64,000 nt of DNA from Balanoglossus misakiensis (Eukaryota > Animalia > Hemichordata). A program made the translations under genes and the position numbers. The notes under the pieces are model-generated. The model was not told the DNA's origin, did no database searches, and was given only the letters and a program-made list of their open reading frames with translations. Within the stretch, counting starts at the first letter, position 1. Each line of letters begins with the position of its first letter. Below are positions 50,346 through 62,300 of this stretch, one piece after another. The stretch is from the NCBI GenBank assembly GCA_040954595.2, contig CM082582.2, positions 3,022,303-3,086,302 of the forward strand, given 5' to 3'.

Positions 50346-53300
50346 GACGGGTAAGACCGCTTATGAAGTGGTGACCTAAGACAGGCGACAGTCAGGCTTC
50401 ACTTACAAAAAGTGGAAAATACAATAGCTACATTGGTAGGCTGAAAGCTTACTTCCTGAGACTGTTTGTGCCAATGACGTGTAAGACCGCTTATGAAGTG
50501 GTGACCTAAGACAGGCGACAGTCAGGCTTCACTTACAAAAAGTGGAAAATACAATAGCTACATTGGTAGGCTGAAAGCTTACTTCCTGAGACAGTTTGTG
50601 CCAATGACGGGTAAGACCGCTTATGAAGTGGTGACCTAAGACAGGCGACAGTCAGGCTTCACTTACATAAAGTGGAAAATACAATAGCTACATTGGTAGG
50701 CTGAAAGCTTACTTCCTGAGACTGTTTGTGCCAATGACGGGTAAGACCGCTTATGAAGTGGTGACCTAAGACAGGCGACAGTCAGGCTTCACTTACAAAA
50801 AGTGGAAAATACAATAGCTTCATTGGTAGGCTGAAAGCTTACTTCCTGAGACTGTTTGTGCCAATGACGGGTAAGACCGCTTATGAAGTGGTGACCTAAG
50901 ACAGGCGACAGTCAGGCTTCACTTACAAAAAGTGGAAAATACAATAGCTTCATTGGTACGCTGAAAGCTTACTTCCTGAGACTGTTTGTGCCAATGACGG
51001 GTAAGACCGCTTATGAAGTGGTGACCTAAGACAGGCGACAGTCAGGCTTCACTTACAAAAAGTGGAAAATACAATAGCTACATTGGTAGGCTGAAAGCTT
51101 ACTTCCTGAGACTGTTTGTGCCAATGACGGGTAAGACCGCTTATGAAGTGGTGACCTAAGACAGGCGACAGTCAGGCTTCACTTACAAAAAGTGGAAAAT
51201 ACAATAGCTACATTGGTAGGCTGAAAGCTTACTTCCTGAGACTGTTTATGCCAATGACGGGTAAGACTGCTTATGAAGTGGTGACCTAAGACAGGCGACA
51301 GTCAGGCTTCCCTTACAAAAAGTGGAAAATATAATAGCTACATTGGTAGGCTGAAAGCTTACTTCCTGAGACGGTTTGTGCCAATGACGGGTAAGACCGC
51401 TTATGAAGTGGTGACCTAAGACAGGCGACAGTCAGGCTTCACTTACAAAAAGTGGAAAATACAATAGCTACATTGGTAGGCTGAAAGCTTACTTCCTGAG
51501 ACTGTTTGTGCCAATGACGGGTAAGACCGCTTATGAAGTGGTGACCTAAGACTGGCGACAGTCAGGCTTCACTTACAAAAAGTGGAAAATACAAAAGCTA
51601 CATTGGTAGGCTGAAAGCTTACTTCCTGAGACTGTTTGTGCCAATGACGGGTAAGACCGCTTATGAAGTGGTGACCTAAGACAGGCGACAGTCAGGCTTC
51701 ACTTACAAAAAGTGGAAAATATAATAGCTACATTGGTAGGCTGAAAGCTTACTTCCTGAGACTGTTTGTGCCAATGACGGGTAAGACCGCTTATGAAGTG
51801 GTGACCTAAGACAGGCGACAGTCAGGCTTCACTTACAAAAAGTGGAAAATACAATAGCTACATTGGTAGGCTGAAAGCTTACTTCCTGAGACTGTTTGTG
51901 CCAATGACGGGTAAGACCGCTTATGAAGTGGTGACCTAAGACAGGCGACAGTCAGGCTTCACTTACAAAAAGTGGAAAATACAATAGCTACATTGGTAGG
52001 CTGAAAGCTTACTTCCTGAGACCGTTTATGCCAATGACGGGTAAGACCGCTTATGAAGTGGTGACCTAAGACAGGCGACAGTCAGGCTTCACTTACAAAA
52101 AGTGGAAAATATAATAGCTACATTGGTAGGCTGAAAGCTTACTTCCTGAGACGGTTTGTGCCAATGACGGGTAAGACCGCTTATGAAGTGGTGACCTAAG
52201 ACAGGCGACAGTCAGGCTTCACTTACAAAAAGTGGAAAATACAATAGCTACATTGGTAGGCTGAAAGCTTACTTCCTGAGACTGATTGTGCCAATGACGG
52301 GTAAGACCGCTTATGAAGTGGTGACCTAAGACAGGCGACAGTCAGGCTTCACTTACAAAAAGTGGAAAATACAATAGCTACATTGGTAGGCTGAAAGCTT
52401 ACTTCCTGAGACTGTTTGTGCCAATGACGGGTAAGACCGCTTATGAAGTGGTGACCTAAGACTGGCGACAGTCAGGCTTCACTTACAAAAAGTGGAAAAT
52501 ACAAAAGCTACATTGGTAGGCTGAAAGCTTACTTCCTGAGACTGTTTGTGCCAATGACGGGTAAGACCGCTTATGAAGTGGTGACCTAAGACAGGCGACA
52601 GTCAGGCTTCACTTACAAAAAGTGGAAAATATAATAGCTACATTGGTAGGCTGAAAGCTTACTTCCTGAGACTGTTTGTGCCAATGACGGGTAAGACCGC
52701 TTATGAAGTGTTGACCTAAGACAGGCGACAGTCAGGCTTCACTTACAAAAAGTGGAAAATAAAATAGCTACATTGGTAGGCTGAAAGCTTACTTCCTGAG
52801 ACTGTTTGTGCCAATGACGGGTAAGACCGCTTATGAAGTGGTGACCTAAGACAGGCGACAGTCAGGCTTCACTTACAAAAAGTGGAAAATAAAATAGCTA
52901 CATTGGTAGGCTGAAAGCTTACTTCCTGAGACTGTTTGTGCCAATGACGGGTAAGACCGCTTATGAAGTGGTGACCTAAGACAGGCGACCGTCAGGCTTC
53001 ACTTACAAAAAGTGGAAAATACAATAGCTACATTGGTAGGCTGAAAGCTTACTTCCTGAGACTGTTTGTGCCAATGACGGGTAAGACCGCTTATGAAGTG
53101 GTGACCTAAGACAGGCGACAGTCAGGCTTCACTTACAAAAAGTGGAAAATACAATAGCTTCATTGGTAGGCTGAAAGCTTACTTCCTGAGACAGTTTGTG
53201 CCAATGACGGGTAAGACCGCTTATGAAGTGGTGACCTAAGACAGGCGACAGTCAGGCTTCACTTACAAAAAGTGGAAAATACAATAGCTACATTGGTAGG

Positions 53301-56300
53301 CTGAAAGCTTACTTCCCGAGACTGTTTGTGCCAATGACGGGTAAGACCGCGGCCGCTTATGAAGTGGTGACCTAAGACAGGCGACAGTCAGGCTTCACTT
53401 ACAAAAAGTGGAAAATACAATAGCTACATTGGTAGGCTGAAAGCTTACTTCCTGAGACTGTTTGTGCCAATGATGGGTAAGACCGCTTATGAAGTGGTGA
53501 CCTAAGACAGGCGACAGTCAGGCTTCACTTACAAAAAGTGGAAAATACAATAGCTACATTGGTAGGCTGAAAGCTTACTTCCTGAGACAGTTTGTGCCAA
53601 TGACGGGTAAGACCGCTTATGAAGTGGTGACCTAAGACAGGCGACAGTCAGGCTTCACTTACAAAAAGTGGAAAATACAATAGCTTCATTGGTAGGCTGA
53701 AAGCTTACTTCCTACGACTGTTTGTGCCAATGACGGGTAAGACCGCTTATGAAGTGGTGACCTAAGTCAGGTGACAGTCAGGCTTCACTTACAAAAAGTG
53801 GAAAATACAATAGCTTCATTGGTAGGCTGAAAGCTTACTTCCTACGACTGTTTGTGCCAATGACGGGTAAGACCGCTTATGAAGTGGTGACCTAAGTCAG
53901 GCGACAGTCAGGCTTCACTTACAAAAAGTGGAAAATACAATAGCTTCATTGGTAGGCTGAAAGCTTATTTCCTAAGACTGTTTGTGCCAATGACGGGTAA
54001 GACCGCTTATGAAGTGGTGACCTAAGACAGGCGACAGTCAGGCTTCACTTACAAAAAGTGGAAAATACAATAGCTACATTGGTAGGCTGAGAGCTTACTT
54101 CATGAGACTGTTTGTGCCAATGACGGGTAAGACCGCTTATGAAGTGGTGACCTAAGACTGGCGACAGTCAGGCTTCACTTACAAAAAGTGGAAAATACAA
54201 TAGCTACATTGGTAGGCTGAAAGCTTACTTCCTGAGACTGTTTGTGCCAATGACAGGTAAGACCGCTTATGAAGTGGTGACCTAAGACAGGCGACAGTCA
54301 GGCTTCACTTACAAAAAGTGGAAAATATAATAGCTACATTGGTAGGCTGAAAGCTTACTTCCTGAGACTGTTTGTGCCAATGACGGGTAAGACCGCTTTT
54401 GAAGTGGTGACCTAAGACAGGCGACAGTCAGGCTTCACTTACAAAAAGTGGAAAATAAAATAGCTACATTGGTAGGCTGAAAGCTTACTTCCTGAGACTG
54501 TTTGTGCCAATGACGGGTAAGACCGCTTATGAAGTGGTGACCTAAGACAGGCGACAGTCAGGCTTCACTTACAAAAAGTGGAAAATACAATAGCTACATT
54601 GGTAGGCTGAAAGCTTACTTCCTGAGACTGTTTGTGCCAATGACGGGTAAGACCGCTTATGAAGTGGTGACCTAAGACAGGCGACAGTCAGGCTTCACTT
54701 ACAAAAAGTGGAAAATACAATAGCTTCATTGGTAGGCTAAAAGCTTACTTCCTGAGACTGTTTGTGCCAATGACGGGTAAGACCGCTTATGAAGTGGTGA
54801 CCTAAGACAGGCGACAGTCAGGCTTCACTTACAAAAAGTTGAAAATACAATAGCTACATTGGTAGGCTGAAAGCTTACTTCCTGAGACTGTTTGTGCCAA
54901 TGACGGGTAAGACCGCTTATGAAGTGGTGACCTAAGACAGGCGACAGTCAGGCTTCACTTACAAAAAGTGGAAAATACAATAGCTACATTGGTAGGCTGA
55001 AAGCTTACTTCCTCAGACTGTTTGTGCCAATGACGGGTAAGACCGCTTATGAAGTGGTGACCTAAGACAGGCGACAGTCAGGCTTCACTTACAAAAAGTG
55101 GAAAATATAATAGCTACATTGGTAGGCTGAAAGCTTACTTCCTGAGACTGTTCGTGCCAATGACGGGTAAGACCGCTTATGAAGTGGTGACCTAAGACAG
55201 GCGACAGTCAGGCTTCACTTACAAAAAGTCGAAAATACAATAGCTACATTGGTAGGCTGAAAGCTTACTTCCTGAGACTGTTTGTGCCAATGACGGGTAA
55301 GACCGCTTATGAAGTGGTGACCTAAGACAGGCGACAGTCAGGCTTCACTTACAATAAGTGGAAAATTCAATAGCTACATTTGTAGGCTGAAAGCTTACTT
55401 CCTGAGACTGTTTGTGCCAATGACGGGTAAGACCGCTTATGAAGTGGTGACCTAAGACAGGCGACAGTCAGGCTTCACTTACAAAAAGTGGAAAATACAA
55501 TAGTTACATTGGTAGGCTGAAAGCTTACTTCCTGTGACTGTTTGTGCCAATGACGGGTAAGACCGCTTATGAAGTGGTGACCTAAGACAGGCGACAGTCA
55601 GGCTTCACTTACAAAAAGTGGAAAATACAATAGCTACATTGGTAGGCTGAAAGCTTACTTCCTGAGACTGTTTGTGCCAATGACGGGTAAGACCGCTTAT
55701 GAAGTGGTGACCTAAGACAGGCGACAGTCAGGCTTCACTTACAAAAAGTGGAAAATATAATAGCTACATTGGTAGGCTGAAAGCTTACTTCCTGAGACTG
55801 TTTGTGCCAATGACGGGTAAGACCGCTTATGAAGTGGTGACCTAAGACAGGCGACAGTCAGGCTTCACTTACAAAAAGTGGAAAATACAATAGCTACATT
55901 GGTAGGCTGAAAGCTTACTTCCTGAGACTGTTTGTGCCAATGACGGGTAAGACCGCTTATGAAGTGGTGACCTAAGACAGGCGACAGTCAGGCTTCACTT
56001 ACAAAAAGTGGAAAATACAATAGCTACATTGGTATGCTGAAAGCTTACTTCCTGAGACTGTTTGTGCCAATGACGGGTAAGACCGCTTATGAAGTGGTGA
56101 CCTAAGACAGGCGACAGTCAGGCTTCACTTACAAAAAGTGGAAAATGCAATAGCTACATTGGTAGGCTGAAAGCTTACTTCCTGTGACTGTTTGTGCCAA
56201 TGACGGGTAAGACCGCTTATGAAGTGGTGACCTAAGACAGGCGACACTCAGGCTTCACTTACAAAAAGTTGAAAATACAATAGCTACATTGGTAGGCTGA

Positions 56301-59300
56301 AAGCTTACTTCCTGAGACTGTTTGCGCCAATGACGGGTAAGACCGCTTATGAAGTGGTGACCTAAGACAGGCGACAGTCATGCTTCACTTACAAAAAGTG
56401 GAATATACAATAGCTACATTGGTAGGCTGAAAGCTTACTTCCTGAGACTGTTTGTGCCAATGACGGGTAAGACCGCTTATGAAGTGGTGACCTAAGACAG
56501 GCAACAGTCAGGCTTCACTTACAAAAAGTGGAAAATACAATAGCTACATTGGTAGGCTGAAAGCTTACTTCCTGAGACTGTTTGTGCCAATGACAGGTAA
56601 GACCGCTTATGAAGTGGTGACCTAAGATAGGCGACAGTCAGGCTTCACTTACAAAAAGTGGAAAATACAATAGCTACATTGGTAGGCTGAAAGCTTACTT
56701 CCTGAGACTTTGTGCCAATGACGGGTAAGACCGCTTATGAAGTGGTGACCTAAGACAGGCGACAGTCAGGCTTCACTTACAAAAAGTGGAAAATACAATA
56801 GCTACATTGGTAGGCTGAAAGCTTACTTCCTGAGACTGTTTGTGCCAATGACGGGTAAGACCGCTTATGAAGTGGTGACCTAAGACAGGCGACAGTCAGG
56901 CTTCACTTACAAAAAGTGGAAAATACAATAGCTACATTGGTAGGCTGAAAGCTTACTTCCTGAGACTGTTTGTGCCAATGACGGGTAAGACCGCTTATGA
57001 AGTGGTATCCTAAGACAGGCGACAGTCAGGCTTCACTTACAAAAAGTGGAAAATACAATAGCTACATTGGTAGGCTGAAAGCTTACTTCCTGAGACTGTT
57101 TGTGCCAATGACGGGTAAGACCGCTTATGAAGTGGTGACCTAAGACAGGCGACAGTCAGGCTTCACTTACAAAAAGTGGAAAATACAATAGCTTCATTGG
57201 TAGGCTGAAAGCTTACTTCCTGAGACTGTTTGTGCCAATGACGGGTAAGACCGCTTATGAAGTGGTGACCTAAGACAGGCGACAGTCAGGCTTCACTTAC
57301 AAAAAGTGGAAAATACAATAGCTACATTGGTAGGCTGAAAGCTTACTTCCTGAGACTGTTTGTGCCAATGACGGGTAAGACCGCTTATGAAGTGGTGACC
57401 TAAGACAGGCGACAGTCAGGCTTCACTTACAAAAAGTGGAAAATACAATAGCTACATTGGTAGGCTGAAAGCTTACTTCCTGAGACTTTGTGCCAATGAC
57501 GGGTAAGACCGCTTATGAAGTGGTGACCTAAGACAGGCGACAGTCAGGCTTCACTTACAAAAAGTGGAAAATACAATAGCTACATTGGTAGGCTGAAAGC
57601 TTACTTCCTGAGACTGTTTGTGCCAATGACGGGTAAGACCGCTTATGAAGTGGTGACCTAAGACAGGCGACAGTCAGGCTTCACTTACAAAAAGTGGAAA
57701 ATACAATAGCTACATTGGTAGGCTGAAAGCTTACTTCCTGAGACTGTTTGTGCCAATGACGGGTAAGACCGCTTATGAAGTGGTATCCTAAGACAGGCGA
57801 CAGTCAGGCTTCACTTACAAAAAGTGGAAAATACAATAGCTACATTGGTAGGCTGAAAGCTTACTTCCTGAGACTGTTTGTGCCAATGACGGGTAAGACC
57901 GCTTATGAAGTGGTGACCTAAGACAGGCGACAGTCAGGCTTCACTTACAAAAAGTGGAAAATACAATAGCTTCATTGGTAGGCTGAAAGCTTACTTCCTG
58001 AGACTGTTTGTGCCAATGACGGGTAAGACCGCTTATGAAGTGGTGACCTAAGACAGGCGACAGTCAGGCTTCACTTACAAAAAGTGGAAAATACAATAGC
58101 TACATTGGTAGGCTGAAAGCTTACTTCCTGAGACTGTTTGTGCCAATGACGGGTAAGACCGCTTATGAAGTGGTGACCTAAGACAGGCGACAGTCAGGCT
58201 TCACTTACAAAAAGTGGAAAATACAATAGCTTCATTGGTAGGCTGAAAGCTTACTTCCTGAGACTGTTTGTGCCAATGACGGGTAAGACCGCTTATGAAG
58301 TGGTGACCTAAGACAGGCGACAGTCAGGCTTCACTTACAAAAAGTGGAAAATACAATAGCTACATTGGTAGGCTGAAAGCTTACTTCCTGAGACTGTTTG
58401 TGCCAATGACGGGTAAGACCGCTTATGAAGTGGTGACCTAAGACAGGCGACAGTCAGGCTTCACTTACAAAAAGTGGAAAATATAATAGCTACATTGGTA
58501 GGCTGAAAGCTTACTTCCTGAGACTGTTTGTGCCAATGACGGGTAAGACCGCTTATGAAGTGGTGACCTAAGACAGGCGACAGTCAGGCTTCACTTACAA
58601 AAAGTGGAAAATACAATAGCTACATTGGTAGGCTGAAAGCTTACTTCCTGAGACTGTTTGTGCCAATGACGGGTAAGACCGCTTATGAAGTGGTGACCTA
58701 AGACAGGCGACAGTCAGGCTTCACTTACAAAAAGTGGAAAATATAATAGCTACATTGGTAGGCTGAAAGCTTACTTCCTGAGACTGTTTGTGCCAATGAC
58801 GGGTAAGACCGCTTATGAAGTGGTGACCTAAGACAGGCGACAGTCAGGCTTCACTTACAAAAAGTGGAAAATACAATAGCTACATTGGTAGGCTGAAAGC
58901 TTACTTCCTGAGACTGTTTGTGCCAATGACGGGTAAGACCGCTTATGAAGTGGTGACCTAAGACAGGCGACAGTCAGGCTTCACTTACAATAAGTGGAAA
59001 ATTCAATAGCTACATTTGTAGGCTGAAAGCTTACTTCCTGAGACTGTTTGTGCCAATGACGGGTAAGACCGCTTATGAAGTGGTGACCTAAGACAGGCGA
59101 CAGTCAGGCTTCACTTACAAAAAGTGGAAAATACAATAGTTACATTGGTAGGCTGAAAGCTTACTTCCTGTGACTGTTTGTGCCAATGACGGGTAAGACC
59201 GCTTATGAAGTGGTGACCTAAGACAGGCGACAGTCAGGCTTCACTTACAAAAAGTGGAAAATACAATAGCTACATTGGTAGGCTGAAAGCTTACTTCCTG

Positions 59301-62300
59301 AGACTGTTTGTGCCAATGACGGGTAAGACCGCTTATGAAGTGGTGACCTAAGACAGGCGACAGTCAGGCTTCACTTACAAAAAGTGGAAAATATAATAGC
59401 TACATTGGTAGGCTGAAAGCTTACTTCCTGAGACTGTTTGTGCCAATGACGGGTAAGACCGCTTATGAAGTGGTGACCTAAGACAGGCGACAGTCAGGCT
59501 TCACTTACAAAAAGTGGAAAATACAATAGCTACATTGGTAGGCTGAAAGCTTACTTCCTGAGACTGTTTGTGCCAATGACGGGTAAGACCGCTTATGAAG
59601 TGGTGACCTAAGACAGGCGACAGTCAGGCTTCACTTACAAAAAGTGGAAAATACAATAGCTACATTGGTATGCTGAAAGCTTACTTCCTGAGACTGTTTG
59701 TGCCAATGACGGGTAAGACCGCTTATGAAGTGGTGACCTAAGACAGGCGACAGTCAGGCTTCACTTACAATAAGTGGAAAATGCAATAGCTACATTGGTA
59801 GGCTGAAAGCTTACTTCCTGTGACTGTTTGTGCCAATGACGAGTAAGACCGCTTATGAAGTGGTGACCTAAGACAGGCGACAGTCATGCTTCACTTACAT
59901 AAAGTGGAATATACAATAGCTACATTGGTAGGCTGAAAGCTTACTTCCTGAGACTGTTTGTGCCAATGACGGGTAAGACCGCTTATGAAGTGGTGACCTA
60001 AGACAGGCAACAGTCAGGCTTCACTTACAAAAAGTGGAAAATACAATAGCTACATTGGTAGGCTGAAAGCTTACTTCCTGAGACTGTTTGTGCCAATGAC
60101 GGGTAAGACCGCTTATGAAGTGGTGACCTAAGATAGGCGACAGTCAGGCTTCACTTACAAAAAGTGGAAAATACAATAGCTACATTGGTAGGCTGAAAGC
60201 TTACTTCCTGAGACTTTGTGCCAATGACGGGTAAGACCGCTTATGAAGTGGTGACCTAAGACAGGCGACAGTCAGGCTTCACTTACAAAAAGTGGAAAAT
60301 ACAATAGCTACATTGGTAGGCTGAAAGCTTACTTCCTGAGACTGTTTGTGCCAATGACGGGTAAGACCGCTTATGAAGTGGTGACCTAAGACAGGCGACA
60401 GTCAGGCTTCACTTACAAAAAGTGGAAAATACAATAGCTAGATTGGTAGGCTGAAAGCTTACTTCCTGAGACTGTTTGTGCCAATGACGGGTAAGACCGC
60501 TTATGAAGTGGTGACCTAAGACAGGCAACAGTCAGGCTTCACTTACAAAAAGTGGAAAATACAATAGCTACATTGGTAGGCTGAAAGCTTACTTCCTGAG
60601 ACTGTTTGTGCCAATGACGGGTAAGACCGCTTATGAAGTGGTGACCTAAGATAGGCGACAGTCAGGCTTCACTTACAAAAAGTGGAAAATACAATAGCTA
60701 CATTGGTAGGCTGAAAGCTTACTTCCTGAGACTGTTTGTGCCAATGACGGGTAAGACCGCTTATGAAGTGGTGACCTAAGACAGGCGACAGTCAGGCTTC
60801 ACTTACAAAAAGTGGAAAATACAATAGCTACATTGGTAGGCTGAAAGCTTACTTCCTGAGACTGTTTGTGCCAATGACGGGTAAGACCGCTTATGAAATG
60901 GTATCCTAAGACAGGCGACAGTCAGGCTTCACTTACAAAAAGTGGAAAATACAATAGCTACATTGGTAGGCTGAAAGCTTACTTCCTGAGACTGTTTGTG
61001 CCAATGACGGGTAAGACCGCTTATGAAGTGGTGACCTAAGACAGGCGACAGTCAGGCTTCACTTACAATAAGTGGAAAATTCAATAGCTACATTTGTAGG
61101 CTGAAAGCTTACTTCCTGAGACTGTTTGTGCCAATGACGGGTAAGACCGCTTATGAAGTGGTGACCTAAGACAGGCGACAGTCAGGCTTCACTTACAAAA
61201 AGTGGAAAATACAATAGTTACATTGGTAGGCTGAAAGCTTACTTCCTGTGACTGTTTGTGCCAATGACGGGTAAGACCGCTTATGAAGTGGTGACCTAAG
61301 ACAGGCGACAGTCAGGCTTCACTTACAAAAAGTGGAAAATACAATAGCTACATTGGTAGGCTGAAAGCTTACTTCCTGAGACTGTTTGTGCCAATGACGG
61401 GTAAGACCGCTTATGAAGTGGTGACCTAAGACAGGCGACAGTCAGGCTTCACTTACAAAAAGTGGAAAATATAATAGCTACATTGGTAGGCTGAAAGCTT
61501 ACTTCCTGAGACTGTTTGTGCCAATGACGGGTAAGACCGCTTATGAAGTGGTGACCTAAGACAGGCGACAGTCAGGCTTCACTTACAAAAAGTGGAAAAT
61601 ACAATAGCTACATTGGTAGGCTGAAAGCTTACTTCCTGAGACTGTTTGTGCCAATGACGGGTAAGACCGCTTATGAAGTGGTGACCTAAGACAGGCGACA
61701 GTCAGGCTTCACTTACAAAAAGTGGAAAATACAATAGCTACATTGGTATGCTGAAAGCTTACTTCCTGAGACTGTTTGTGCCAATGACGGGTAAGACCGC
61801 TTATGAAGTGGTGACCTAAGACAGGCGACAGTCAGGCTTCACTTACAATAAGTGGAAAATGCAATAGCTACATTGGTAGGCTGAAAGCTTACTTCCTGTG
61901 ACTGTTTGTGCCAATGACGAGTAAGACCGCTTATGAAGTGGTGACCTAAGACAGGCGACAGTCATGCTTCACTTACAAAAAGTGGAATATACAATAGCTA
62001 CATTGGTAGGCTGAAAGCTTACTTCCTGAGACTGTTTGTGCCAATGACGGGTAAGACCGCTTATGAAGTGGTGACCTAAGACAGGCAACAGTCAGGCTTC
62101 ACTTACAAAAAGTGGAAAATACAATAGCTACATTGGTAGGCTGAAAGCTTACTTCCTGAGACTGTTTGTGCCAATGACGGGTAAGACCGCTTATGAAGTG
62201 GTGACCTAAGATAGGCGACAGTCAGGCTTCACTTACAAAAAGTGGAAAATACAATAGCTACATTGGTAGGCTGAAAGCTTACTTCCTGAGACTTTGTGCC

